Positions 37,400-51,205 are shown, counted from the stretch's first letter. The stretch is DNA of 64,000 nt from Dicyema japonicum (GCA_011109175.1 RDEW01000006.1:1240632-1304631); one strand, 5' to 3'. Program-made: numbers and translations. The notes: generated by a model from the letters alone, not told the origin.

Positions 37400-40220
37400 A
37401 ACTCTCCTACGATATAATTGGAAGCAACGTTACTGCAAAACATCAGATCTCGAGTCTTCGTCACACATAATCTCACAATTTCGCAACATGGAACGTAAGA
37501 GGATTAAACGAAGGGAAACTAGAAGTCGTAAAAAGAGAAATGAGAAGGCTTGATATTGACCTGCTTGGAGTAAGCGAACTTCATTGGATTGACAGTGGTT
37601 TTTTTAGTTCTGATGATTTCGTCATTCTGGTAACATTAATGCGAAGAGAAACGGATTGGCCTTCATTGCTTCAAAGAAAATTACACCTGCTATTGAAAGT
37701 CATAGAATATTTAATGATCGGATAATACTAATCCACGTCCGTGGACGACCATTGAATATTACGGTCATGCAAGTGTATTCCCCAACATCTATTGCCAAGG
37801 ATGACGAAATTGACCAATTTTATTATGAATTTCAAGAGGCACTAAAACTAATACCCAAAAAGGACATAATCTACAGAATGGGGATTTCAATTCAAAAGTT
37901 GGGTGTATGCCACATACGGATATTGTGGGAAGTTTTGGTTTGGGGAAGAGAAATGATGCTGGGGATCGACTGGTCCAATTCTGTCAGGAAAATGGATTTC
38001 AGATAACTAATACATAGTTCAAACAGCACAAACGACGATTATACACTTGGACGTCGCCAAATGGAATGTCTAGGAACCAGATTGATTATATTTTGTGCGC
38101 CAAACGTTGGAAAAGCTCTATAACAGCCGTCAAAACATATCCAGGGGCAGACTGTGGAACAGACCATCAGCTACTTGTTGCAAAAATTAGGACGAAATTC
38201 AGTAACACTTGGAATACCCCCGAGTAAAGAAATTCGATGTCTCAAACATACCATTAGAATACGCAATGGAAGTCAAGCACAACATTGGATTACTGGATTT
38301 GAACGGAAGGATGCCAAATGAATTATGGAATGATGTGCAGTTGGTTACCAGGAACGCTGCAATAAAACATGTCAAATACAAAACGCCGGCCAAGTGCTCT
38401 GAGTGGCTCTCTGCTAACACTAAACATTGCTGAGGCTCGTAAAGCTGCTAAAGTCTCTGGAATATAGACGAGATAAGAAAACTTAACTCTGAATTCAAAA
38501 AGGCAGCCAGGAAGGATAAAGAAGACTACTGGAGGTTACAAGGAAAAAATGGAAGATGACTATAAGAGAGGTCACACTAGGAATGCGTATTTACAACTAA
38601 AAAGATTACGAACCCCCTTTACTAAAATGATGGGCAAAATCAAGGACAAGGATGTGTTGAATTGCTAGGCCAACAGAACATGTGAAATCGTTAGAGAGAA
38701 TATACGGAACGGCTATATTCAGAAACTGTGTGCCCACCCATATGTGTTGATGAAGCAACGTTGGGTGAGGGGCATAAAATCCTTGAGGAGGAATGCGTGT
38801 GGGCTACACGGCAATTAACGGGGAACAAGGCACCGGGATTGACAACATCTCAAGCGAATTGTTGAAGGCTATACCGGTGACAGCTATCACCAGTCTATGT
38901 CAAAAAATTTGGGAAACTGGTATTTAGCCACGTGAGTGAAAAAAATCTATATTTATTCCAATACCGAAAAAAGGGGATATCAAGGACTATTCAAACTATC
39001 GTAGAATAGCCTTAATTCCCCACGTCAGCAAAATACTTCTAAAGATAATACAACATCGTCTAATGCCAAATGCCGAAATGATTCTATGATGTCCAAGCAG
39101 GATTCAGGAAGGACGAGACACACGTAACCATATAGCAAATGTCCGGTGGATTATGGAGAAAACCCATGAATCCGAAAAAGAATGTATACATGTGCTTCAT
39201 TGACTATCGGAAAGCTTTTGATTCCGTTATACATGACAAGCTGTGGTCCGCTTCATAAAAATTTGGATTCGATGCCATCTGATATTATCAAATCTCTTTA
39301 TAAGGATCAAGAAGCTTGTTAGAACAGTGTATGGAGATACAAAGGATGATTATTCAAAATTGGTAAAAGAGTAAGACAAGGATGCTTATTATCTCCCATC
39401 CTATTCAATATTTATGCCGAAATGATCATGACTAAATTGGATACTGTAAAATTCAAATAATTTCGCTATGCTGACGATACAACTTACTGGCTGAAACAGA
39501 GGATGGCCTCAGGGAGTTGATTCTAAGATTCAGGGAAGAGAACTCCGTCTTTGGTTTATTGCTAAATATCAAGAAGACCAAAATTATGACTACTGCTAAT
39601 AATGGACTAATGCTACTAAAAATTGGGAATGAGAAAATAGAGTTGTGATAATGTTGTCTTTCTGGAATGTCTAATTAATCGGAATGGTGACGGAGGCTTG
39701 GAAATCTAGAGGCGAATTGCCATGGGACGAGACTCCTTCCAGAGAATGAATAAGAATTTGGAAAACAAAGATATTTGCATAAGGACCAAATGCAGACTGG
39801 TTAATGCAATCGTGTTCTTGGTTTTTCTATACGGCGCAGAATCATGGATACTGAAAAAGGCGGATAAACGAAAAATTGATGCTTTTGAGCTGTGGTGCTG
39901 GAGGTTACTAAGAATCCCTTGGACTTCCAAAATAACAAACATCGATGTACTCAAACGGGTAGAGACGGACATTTTGCTTGAAGGAAGAATCGTAAAACAC
40001 AGATTGGCGTTCTTTGGGCATGTTGTCCGCTCTGATTCACTGGAAAGAACCATTATGCTGAGCAATATTACTAGAAAGAGAAGAGGACTCGGTGGCTATC
40101 CACAATGGAAGACGAATGCCTATATCAAGGCTACTCCAAATTGCAACGGATCGGGGAGAGTGGAGGAAACTTGTTCATGAAATCTCCAAGGGTCGGACAC
40201 GACTTAATTGGAGTACATGT
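37400..40220 (+). mobile_element. Near full-length BovB-like RTE LINE, heavily frameshifted
   Basis: LGVSELHW, NQIDYILC.KRWKSS, GADCGTDH, GVRQGCLLSP, YADD, IDAFELWCWR; 3' end GTCGGACACGACT as in BovB/RTE-1 termini. Confidence 0.9.
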
Positions 40221-40749
40221 ATATACATATATATCCTCCAGAGTACCCACGGCTTTCCTGAATAGACGACGATCATCTTTCATTAGAGTTTGAAGAGGGG
40301 TGGGTTTTGTTCCCAAATTTCGTTTATTTGAGGCCTCTAGCCTTGAATGGAAGAAACGACTTATTTCTTGGCTACACAGATAGATGAAACCGGAGCCATT
40401 ATTTTTGATTGCGGTGTGGTCAAGCATTGGGGGAAAAAATCGGGGGTAGATTTGTTAGACGTTCCAGTTTGCCTATGGCCTGGACTTTAAGAGCGGTTTG
40501 ATTATATTTAGTTTCCTGAGACCCTTTGTCATAACGTTCTTCACATGTGAGAAAATGTCATCAAAGGGTCAAATGTCACTCCCAGGATAGTTGGACGAAT
40601 CTGTAATGATAAGGAGTCTCCATAAATGTTCAAATCCAGTGTATGTTTTTCTTTTCTGTTCAATTGTTTAATAAAAGTTAGATAAATAATAAAGTAGTGA
40701 ATAATAATTAATTTTTTTAATTTAAACTTGCAATTTTTTTGCAATTTTT

Positions 40750-42380
40750 GATTAAATTTTATTGTGGTGTGATCAACGAAAATTTCAGATTGCTCAGCCA
40801 AACTTTACACTGCCACATACTGACCACACTCTCCTGAAGATCCTAGTAAAAATCCCTAAAGGAGTACGAATTGCCGCAGCAACGTGTCTTTCAGATGCCA
40901 TTGATCACGCACTATCCTCTGACAGTTGGGAATCCTGGCTAAAACTTATATGCTTTGCACCTGTAGCACTCGGAATACCTACAAAGGAATCTGAGGACAA
41001 TAATAAAGAAACAAACTCCCGAGTCAATTTATCCGGGAAACTGAAACGAAACATAATGAATTTTAGCTGTCATAACATACATGCAATACTTGCACAGCCA
41101 CTTATTCTCAATGAGGTCGAAACCAGAGGAGCATACACCAAAGATGCCCCAAACAAACTAAAAGAGAAAGTAAACCGGAAACTTCTGAAGGGCGACGTGC
41201 GGGCAGCCTTACGGGTCATCACGTCCGATGACACCGTATTGTCTGGTACCCCCGAGGTACTAAATACCTTAATCCTGAAGCACCCAGATGCCTGGACATA
41301 TTAAGGTCCATACGTCCACTTACACCTCGGAAGCTGGTACCTCGATGATACCACAATTGGAGGATCATTCAAGGAAACATACAATTAATTACGTAAAGCG
41401 TAACCCGCTTTAAAACACTTGGGCTTGGACATCAATGTTAACAAATCAGAGTTAATAAATGTCTCATATCCATACACCGACTTCCTCTCTATCAAGGAGT
41501 CTTTAACGAACTGCTTCCTGGGATCCCGACTGTGCCAGTTGATAAATTATATTTCCTCGGATGCCCACTCAGCGGAGAAGAACTCAAGAACCATCTACTT
41601 TACTTGGGATAACATTGTCTGCTCCAAAATTTTGGAAGACCTTAAAAAAGAAGCAAATCAACATCGTCTGGCTTGTTTGGTGTCAGCTTCAAGTGGAGGG
41701 AGTGGAGCATGGCTTGATGCAATACCTTGCCCAAACCTCGGGACCTTTTTGGACGACGATTCTTTGAGGATTGGAATCGGACAAAGGCTGGGACTAGATG
41801 TTTGCCAGAAGCACCGATGGGGGAAAACAGTCGATGCGAAGGGATTGCACCCGCTGTCCTGCAGAAGAAGCGCCGAAAATGGACCACGTCATGCTGCTAT
41901 AAACAATGTGATCGTCAGAGCTCTGAAGGCTACAGGCTTTCCAGCACAGCTTGAACCAGTGGGTCTTAATCGAGGAGATGGAAAGAAACCCGACGGGATG
42001 ACCCTTTTCCTCTTCACGTCTGGAAGATCTTTGGTCTGAGACGCAGCTTGCGTAGACACGTTCTCAATCACGACACCTGGAGCAGCTGCTTCGACTGCGG
42101 AGAACCTAAAAATCAAGAAATATTCTTGCCTCGGGGACCGCTACGATTTACTTCTGTTGCAACCGAATCATCGGGAACCGTTGGTCCAATGACGGCTGAG
42201 TTCTTGCGAGAACTCGGAGGATTGTTTGCCAGAAAGAAAAGGGATCAACGAGAAGGGTTATGGCTAAGACAAAAGATTGGAATAGCCATACTCCGAGAGA
42301 ACTCGTTCGCAATCCTTTATAGAAAGTCCTCAACTGACATTTGTTTAATTGTTAAAAAAATTATTTTGTAAAAAAAAAGA
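40750..42380 (+). mobile_element. CRE-clade retrotransposon with an internal RT-core deletion and a poly(A) end
   Basis: KGDVRAAL, YLDDTTIGG, SGAWLDAIP, H.LSC..RHAAIN, KPDG; A-run at about 42369. Confidence 0.85.
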
Positions 42381-42389
42381 AATCTCTAA

Positions 42390-42885
42390 ATGTAAAATAG
42401 ATACTATTCAGAATCAATTAATGTTATTTTTTGAAGTTATTCAATAGTCGGCAATGTGTTATTCTGGTTTATGATGAAGCTCAAGTCAACGGAACTCGTT
42501 TGTTAATTAGTCTGATTGGAAAAATCTCCGCTCCGAAAAATCTTCATCTTATGTCTGTAGCAAACTAAATTCTCCGCCTACCACTTCAACAATTTTGTGT
42601 TGAAGTTGATGAAACAATGAAAAAATTTTCAATTGAAAATGAAAAGTTCGTCTTATTCGTCACAGATGCCTCAAGATATATGACAAGTGGTAGGAATAAA
42701 TCTAATTTTAAATGGGACCTCAATGAAATTTTTATATCCAAATCTTTTCCACGTCACTTGTGTTTTACAAATGTTACACAATTGTGCTCTAAGAATAAAA
42801 TCCTACTTCACAGATGTTGATAACCTGATTTCTTCTGTAACAGCTGCCACGGTCAAGAACAAATTTCTTCTGTAAAAGTTGCCAC
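42390..42885 (+). mobile_element. hAT-like (DUF659/CGGBP-type) transposase remnant
   Basis: FVLFVTDASRYM and LYPNLFHVTC..LHNCALRIKSYFTDVDNLIS. Confidence 0.65.
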
Positions 42886-43356
42886 GGTCAATTCATAATG
42901 GGGATGTGAGGATGAGTATAATGGATCGTAGTATACTTCACTATACTAAGCACGTGGTAGAAAATCTACATCAAAGTATCTTTAGACGAGTGTATTAGCA
43001 GTTAGTGCGGGATCACCTAACTCAGAGACGCCAATGCTTGGTTGATTAGGATTTATGCATCGATCCTCTACTCACCCTATGACCCAGAGCCTGGATCGAT
43101 CCAGTAGTTGTCTCCTAATCAATTTAATGTACAACTATATGATAATGCGATTCCAGGAGGCTGGGGTACAATCAGAAACTGGAATACATTAACTGTCTGA
43201 GTGTACTTTGTCATTTTTATGTGCATCCCAGGGTTTTCTAGATATATTATAGCCTTCTATAACTACTGAAAGCACAACTAAATGATAATGTGATTCCAGG
43301 TCAGAAACTGGAGAAAAATAGTGAGATATACTAATTTCAAAAACCCCAAAAAAGGT

Positions 43357-43463
43357 TATGCGCCAAACCTAGAAGTACTGCAATACTAGGAGGACGCGCG
43401 GTATGGCGGAAGCAAGCTTCGCAACACACACCAAGTTACAAAAATAAGCATTATATCTTGCCC
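43357..43463 (-). pseudogene. U2: Partial U2 snRNA copy (Sm site, stems III and IV)
   Basis: Matches 14443-14548 of the full copy; lacks stem IIa and the branch-site recognition sequence. Confidence 0.85.
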
Positions 43464-43497
43464 GTGTAATGAACCTCATTCCAAAATCGGCCAGATT

Positions 43498-46400
43498 ATT
43501 CTCGTTGTTTTTTTAGTTGGGACTTAACGCTAAAACTCTGGCAGAAGCACTTAGAATTATTTTATATATAGTAAAAAATAATTTGTTAACAAAATTATTT
43601 TTGTTATTTATATACTTATATTTAAAGCAAGTTCTTGTCAATTGGCAAGCAATCCTCCGAGTTCTCGCAAGAACTCAGCCGTCAAAATAAATTTAATTTA
43701 TCTCATAACTGGCTGAGGTGGTGTGGTTCCTCAATTGCACATATCTTTAAATAACACGCTGCAGAAATCGAACTTATCAAAAACCAAGCACTATACACAG
43801 TGTGTAAATCGTTGCACTTGGATACTATTATTACTAAGACCCGATGGTTATTATTGTCAGAATACGGATGAATCATGCCGTTCCATCTAACGATATTATT
43901 TTATCATACTTCTCTGGTCAAGATTTTGATTCTTCAAGTTGTAATGAAGAAAAGTTTTCTTAATAGAAAATCAGACATTGTTTTCAATTTTCTCCCACAA
44001 AGAACCTACGAGAAACACTATAATTTGACAAAGTTTTCTTCATTATTTTTTGTTCATGTTAATGACCAAACATAGTCCGAGGAAAGATACGACAAGCAGG
44101 GATTATCGTATTTGGCTGTCGGTACACTATAAATTATCTCGCGGCACAAAGTTTGACAATCTCTGACCTACACTGTTCATAATTCAAAGATATGATAAAT
44201 TAAACCAAATCGATTGTTACAATTCATATACAGTAAACTCTCAAAAATTTGCCGTATTTGGTTCCAGCCAAATTGTTGCAAATTTAAGAATTGGCAGATC
44301 TTAGAATTAATTTAATTTAAAAATAATTAAACTATTTAAATTAATAAATTTTATTTTTAAGGAAAACAATATTTTTAACCAAGGAAACAAAAATTAATTA
44401 AATTTTAATAAAGTAATAATCAATTCCCAATTGCTTCTTAAAGGAAATTAATATTTTCTTTATAATATTCTTATTGATCTTGTCCCTTTTCGGAGAGAAG
44501 AACCACCCTTCGCACCCATAATATAGGCTAGGGAGAATAACTCCCTTGAATATAAACAGTTAAGTGTCTTGGCTAACGCCTCTGCTACCTCCCAACTTGT
44601 GAAACTGGCGTGTCGTGAGGACAGTCCACTGGACTCAAACGGAGATATTTTTGACTGAATCAGATGTGGAGATGGGGAGTAACATGAGGTTATAGCACAC
44701 TCTTCTTCCAAGAGAAGAGGGATTACCAACAATCTGTATCAAAAAACGCTTAATTAGTAAATTTACTCGTTATTATTATTCAATTATAAATTTAAATGAC
44801 TTTTTAAAAAATAAATTCATCAATAACTGTATTGTTTGTAAAATTGGCATAGGAAGATATGGAATCTAAAACAATTCAAAATGTTTTAAAAGTCGAGAAT
44901 GTACAGAATACGAATAAGAACTGACTAACATAATGCAACAGAGAAATCGTATTTAGAACAGATATTTATGATCCTGAGAAGAATTTAGTTAATTAATTAT
45001 AGTGAAAAGAAGGGAATTGATGAAGACGATAAATTAATGCTATTGAGGAACAAGAGTTATCTGAGTAATTAAACATTGTGAATGCTTTTAAAATTTAGAG
45101 AGATTGAAAAATTATCTTTTAGAAAATATTGAAAATAACAACTATGCAGAATTCATTACTTCAATAAGAATATTATAAAGAAAATATTAATTTCCTTTTA
45201 GAGGCAATTGGGAATTGAGTATTACTTTATTAAAATTTAATTAATTTTTGTTTCCTTGGTTAAAAATATTGTTTTACTTAAAAATAAAATTTATGAATTT
45301 AAATAGTTTAATTATTTTTAATTAAAATAATTCTAAGATCTGCCAATTCTTAAATTTGCAACAATTTGGCTGGAAACAAATACGGCAAATTTTTGAAAGT
45401 TTTCTGTATATGAATTGTAACAATCGATTTGGTTTAATTTATCATATCTTTGAATTATGAACAGTGTAGGTCAGAGATTGTCAAACTTTGTGCCGCCAGA
45501 TAATTTATAGTGTACCGACAGCCAAATACGATAATCCCTGTTTGTCGAATCTTTCCTCGGACTATGTTTGGTCATAAACATGAACAAAAAATAATAAAGA
45601 AACCTTTGTCTAATAAAAGTGTTTCTCGTAGGTTCTTTGTGGGAGAAAATTGAAGACAATGTCTTATTTTCTATTAAGGAAACTTTTTTTCATTACAACT
45701 TGAAGAATCAAACCCCTGACCAGAGGTATGATTACATAATATCGTTAGATGGAACGTCATGATTCATCCGTATTCTGACAATAATACCCATCGGGTCTTA
45801 GTAATAATAGTATTCAAGTGCAACGATTTACACACTGTGTACAAAACTTGGTTTTTGATAAGTTCGATTTCTGCAGCGTGTCATTTAGAGATATGTGCAA
45901 TTGAGGAACCACACCACCTCAGCCAGTTACCACCTCAATCAGACGTTTGTGTGGAAAAATCGGTCTGGAATTTAACAATGAAAAATGCGAAGCAATTAAT
46001 CTGAATTTGAGTTCCTATTCATTCTACCTTTTTCATAGAAAGCTCTGCGATATCATCCCAGGGGTTAGGGAGACTAATATTGATTCTCTCGACTTCCTTG
46101 GGTGTGGGATTTTTGTAAACAGGTTGAGGGAGTTATTGGAAGGCAAGAGGACTAATTTACGTCAGTATGCGTTTTTTGGACCGTCATATCGCCTTTTTTA
46201 TGCTGAAAAATTGTCTCCTTCTCCCAAAACTCCTTTTTATTCTACGGGGATCCCCATGTTACGCCGAAAGAGACCTTCTATCGTTAATTGATATGGATAT
46301 CCGGTCAACGATGGGGTCCATTCTTAATGTTTGTTTTGATGATTTCGGATGGTTACAGGCCTCACTCCCTGTAGCCTACGGTGGTTTGGGTCTTTCTCTT

Positions 46401-47452
46401 CCTTCGGACGTTGCTTTGGGCGCCTATTTATCCTGACGCCGTCGGGAGCCTGGGATGAATGGATGAATTTGTACCTGAATGCTCCGGCCAATTGTGATAA
46501 GCAAAAGTCCTATTTGTTTTGTGTCTTCGAAAAGAAGAAAGAGTCCCTTGAAAAGACGGAAGATGTAAGAAGGCTTGCCTGCCTCAAGACAGCCAGTTAT
46601 CACTCGACGGGGGCCTGGATGAACGCTTATCCATCTGCCGAAATTGGAAACCTGTTGGATGATGAGGCTGTGAGAATAGCTACCTCGCTTCGTCTTGGTC
46701 TTAAATTGTGTGCCGAAAGAAAATGCCGCTGTGGACGTTGGATCGATCCTTTTGGTTATCATTCCTTGTCATGCAAGATGAGTGCGGGTCGTTTCCCCAG
46801 GCACTCCTATCTAAACATGACATTAAAGAATTCCCTTGCCTCTGCTGGACACCATTGCCTGTTAGAACCTGCTGGTCTTTCCCGAAACGGTGGAAAACGC
46901 CCTGATGGGATGACGAATTTTCCATTCGCTAACGGGCGAAACCTGATCTGGGACGATCCGTGTGTTGATACTTATTCCCCGTCTAATTTGGTTGCTTCTG
47001 CTTCAGACCCAGGACATGCTTCAAAGCAGGCCGAGGAACGAAAAGGAGGAAGTACCAGAGAATTTCGGTGGAGTATCTTTTTGTTCCATTCGCGGCGAAT
47101 ACGTCAGGAATCCTTGGCTCCCAAGCAGATGAGTTGGTTCGTAAGATCGGCTCCATGATTCAAGCTGTGACCAAGGACCCGCGAGAGACTGGTTGGTTCC
47201 GAGAACGTATCTCGTTGGATTTTATTAAGGGAAATAGCATGGCCATTCAGATGCAATAATTTAATTTTTATTCATTTGATAATAAAATTTCTTTTTGTTT
47301 CATATAATTGACTAGAACTTGTTTTAAATATAAGTATATAAATAACAAAAATAATTTTGTCAACAAAATATTTTTTACTATATATAAATACAATTCTAAG
47401 TGCTACTGTCAGAGTTTTAACGTTCAGTCTTAACTAAAAAAACTACGAGAAT
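43498..47452. repeat. Interrupted long inverted repeat: arms 43498-44478 and 45161-47452, spacer about 680 bp
   Basis: For example, tctaagatctgccaattcttaaatttgcaacaatttggctgga (about 45332) is the reverse complement of about 44260-44305; the right arm is split by a CRE insertion. Confidence 0.92.
45930..47262 (+). mobile_element. 5'-truncated CRE-clade retrotransposon (second family)
   Basis: QASLPVAYGGLG, TGAWMNAYP, CRCG..HSLSC..RH, RPDG, WD..C: zinc knuckle plus RLE. Confidence 0.88.
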
Positions 47453-48956
47453 TGGTTTTATACTGATATAACCTATTTAATTCCTAAAAATGATTATTGT
47501 GAGACTCTTAAAGACTTCCGTTCTATAACATGTGTGTCACATTATATAATCTTATTACCAAATGTGTTAATTCCAAACTCACAGATTTTGTGGATTCATT
47601 TGGGCTATAATCTGACAATCAGCTGGGAACGAGAAACATTGTCATGGCGCTAAGGAACAGGCCATTATTAATCAATCCTTAAATAAGGAGTATGAAAACG
47701 CCCTTTATGACCAACAAATAATGTCAATGTCCCGACCTACGTTTCATCAAGTGAGTCTATCCTGAGTTCTTCAGCCTTGGACATCGCCCTTGCTGACGAA
47801 TTTTACAATAAAACTGGATTAACAAAGACGTTATGTAGCCTTAGTCGAAATGATATATCGCTTCTGTCGATCAGTTCTATTTTAACTTTGTTTAACGCAG
47901 CAGTAGCAAGGGTCTATCTTCGAAATAATTCGTCACTGTCACTAAATAAGGACCCAAACTGTTTGTCTTCCTGAATTATCCAATCTTCTTTTCATTCTTT
48001 GAGATTGACTACTTTTATTTGGAAACATTAATTATAAGGAACCATTATTCAAGTTCACACATCGTCTATCCCGTCGTCAGCATAAATTAACTAAGCTATG
48101 CAAACTTCATAAAATTTCAGAAAGTCAGTGCAAAGGATTTTAGTTGAGAATCGTTATCATTGGTTTTAACTGCGACGTCATTTGTGACCTCAGGCTATTT
48201 GTGTCTTTGATCTCCGTGTTTTGAATCCAAATTAACTGTGGCACGCGTCGTAAATAGAAGAAAATATTGCTAGAAAGAGCTTTCACGAGGTCCGATCTAA
48301 TTTTATGACTATAGTCAAAATTTACTCAAGCTATATACAATGCGTTTATAGTTCATGAGCTACCAGGGAGATGCTCAGAAATGAATATGTCAACTGCAAT
48401 AGGTTATCAAAGCCATAGGGGAGGAAAACTTTTAGAAAAAAATGATTCTTTCTACAAAGTTGAAAACCATCGAATTAAATTCTCAAAGATTGGTGAAACA
48501 CTTTAAACGTGGATTACGTTTTTGAGACTTTATTCTCTCACAACTACGTTATGGATACTTTTACGTGAAAAATTAATTGAAATTATCAAGTTCGGCCAAT
48601 AATCAGCCACCTTAACGAAAACCTAATATGAAACAAAATACCAATAAATTCTTAAATAAATAAAAATAAAAAATATTCAAAAAGCCGAAGGTGAAACCAA
48701 ACTAGCTAATTTATTTTGACACGTTCCAGCGATTCTAAAAGTCGTCTCGAGGTAACGAAATTGTCTCACGGGGAAAGAATAGTAAGATCCTTGTGAATGC
48801 CTGCCATGCATCGGCGTGTCTTTGATTAGGTGGATTCAATGATGTTATCAGAAAAAAGATAAACTTTTAATCAATTAGCAAATATCATCTCATGTCACTA
48901 CGTAGCTTCAATATAAATGACGCTTAACAGATTGCAGTGTGGAGTAGGACTCTCTT

Positions 48957-49245
48957 TATTATTATTATTATTAACCAAGGGCTTACCATTGTAAGCTCAG
49001 CACAAACAGTCATAACTAACTAATCCAAAAAGGAACCAAAGGGAGAACATCCGCTTGTGCCGACCAAATCCATCTTCCAATATTTCATTACAGGTATTTG
49101 CTTCCAAAGAGAGGTGAGAAGTAGGTCCGCAATCTTCCATTTTTTTCCACGTCGTACCGTCGCGGACATTACTTCATTTTTTAGCGGAATAGTTTTCATA
49201 ATGCAATCTTCATTAGAGGGTACGTTACATTCAGCCAGGAAGGCA
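48957..49245 (-). mobile_element. Short 3' LINE fragment with (TAA)n tail and TSD, copy in unit A
   Basis: Flanked by taggactctctt and taggaatttctt; orthologous to 56328-56620. Confidence 0.8.
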
Positions 49246-49391
49246 TAGGAATTTCTTGATTAATAATTTAATGAAAATAAGATTATTATAATTATAAAAT
49301 CTTTATAAATATCATTTATTTAAAAAAATAAATTCATCAATATAGCAAGTGACATAAATTTTACACATCGATGTGTTCATTTTACATATTT

Positions 49392-50370
49392 ATGTTGTTG
49401 TTAATGTTCTTGTCCTCAATAACGAATTTCAACTTTATTTATAGAACGTCAATAGATTTTAAAAGTTTAAAAATCTAAAAGTTTAAAATCTAAAAAAAGT
49501 ACAATTACAAATGTATTTTATAAATAATAATGGTAGACAAACGATAATTCAATTGTAAGTATTTCCGACCATGTTTATGATGAATTGTAATTATAATCAA
49601 AATAAATAACTTGATCTACCAATTTTTATTGAATTCTCAAAAGAATAATAAAAATAAAATTAAAATCTAGTATTTCATAATTGACACATAAAGATAGTGA
49701 ATTTTACTTGGCCTAGTGGCGCTCCTAAGAAGAGAGGACAGCCACCAAATAAATCAGATATAACCAAGATTACCCTGGCTATTTCCCGACTATTAGAAAG
49801 AGGGCTGCGGAGCTGATAGCCCTCACCAGCGCTGTTGAGATAGATGTATAAATTATTAATAAAACGAAGATAAAAAACCTGGAATTATTAATATTATAAG
49901 TTATAATTCGATTAATATTCAATGGCCTCCCGGTTCCATAGCTTACAGGAACCTCTATTTTCTACAAAAAGAGTATTAAAACGTGATTTGCCAAGAATTA
50001 TAGAAGAGAATGTCTGCGAAATTTTATGCATTGATTTGTACACTTTCATTGGTTGGATAACACTTGGTTGAATTTACTCCAAAAGATTAACGATTTATTC
50101 AATGATTGTAAAAGATTTTTTCGCTAATAATTCGAACCCAATTCTTGTGGGAGATTGCAATGCAAAAAATATTTTATCTGGTTGTATAAAAACTTAATTT
50201 GACGGTAAATTTTAATGGAAATAATGAAATCAGAATATTTAGAAGTTTTATTATAATCATTCAAAAATTTTAAAATTTATAAGAATTATACTCACTGTTC
50301 TAACATTTTCAATCATCGGAGTCATCGATTTTGTTAACATTAAACGTCGAAATAGGATAAGACCAATGGA
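49392..50370 (+). pseudogene. LAMP-like membrane glycoprotein copy A, disrupted by CRE and APE fragments
   Basis: The 5' exons and TM exon (IILTVLTFSIIGVIDFVNIKRRN) are homologous to copies B and C; the middle is replaced by TE debris (49705-50250). Confidence 0.7.
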
Positions 50371-50379
50371 ATTGAAAGC

Positions 50380-50880
50380 TGAGGAAACATTGCGAGCATT
50401 CAAAAACTCTAAAATAAAAAAAATTCACTAGCTTTGTTGTGCCTTTGGTTATCTGGGGCGAGTCCAAGCTGATCAAATTAAACAGGAAATCTTGAGTCTC
50501 TAGTTCCCAAGCAATAACTCTGTTGATTGCGGTGTGTCTTTGACTCTTCCTAGCGCTCCTCCGACAGAAAAGAGCTTGTAGACGTTTAGCGTCGTTTTCT
50601 CCGAAAGCAACGTTAATGATTTCACATTTATACGTATTTAGTTCCAACGCAAGAGCTGCAAATGCATAGTTGTCGCACTCGAATTATGCCACTATAATTT
50701 CAAAATTCTTACTGTGGTCGCATCACGCACGTATCATAAGTTCAGATATGTTGTGATTGCTGATGCTGCACAATCGATGCCGAAGACAGTGAGTAGAAAG
50801 CCAAGGAGGTCGCCGTGTTTGACTCCAGTCTTGGATTCGATGATGTCCACCAAATAAATCCCCCCAGGAGTACTCATGTT
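50380..50880 (-). mobile_element. Internally deleted CRE remnant
   Basis: GVKHGDLLG, ELNTYKCEIINV, CRRSARKSQRHTAIN. Confidence 0.55.
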
Positions 50881-51205
50881 CCCATTATTTAAACCTCACC
50901 ATAGCCAGAACTCACGCTTTATTTAAGAGGTAAAGAAAAATCATGGTAATTAATCCGGGACATCGTGTTCCTATTTTTTTGCTTGCAAGTTAGTTCCTGA
51001 AATAATACGGTTCCGCAGTGATGAATCACTGGTGAAGTTTGTGTCACAAATTATTATAATGTGGTGAAGTGTCACAAATTATTATAAATGTGGCCCTCGA
51101 AGCGAAATGAGTTTGACACCACGAACTTAACCTCCCTTTTTATAAATTTATTTATTTATAATATTAATTACGTTTATTTAAAATGTTTATTTATATTTAG
51201 TATAA

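Larger units (their letters stand above)
47720..50370. repeat. Tandem unit A (RTE remnant, flank, LAMP-like gene), homologous to unit B at 54900-57960
   Basis: atgtcaatgtcccgacctacgtttcat begins both units and homology is collinear for about 2 kb; the minus-strand RTE remnant reads TLATAALNK..LRLHNVFVNPVLL. Confidence 0.9.

Noticed and set aside
43357-43500. Utopia/Keno-type U2-specific retrotransposon insertion
   Set aside because: The breakpoint is near U2 nt 78 rather than the known target, and no such element adjoins it.
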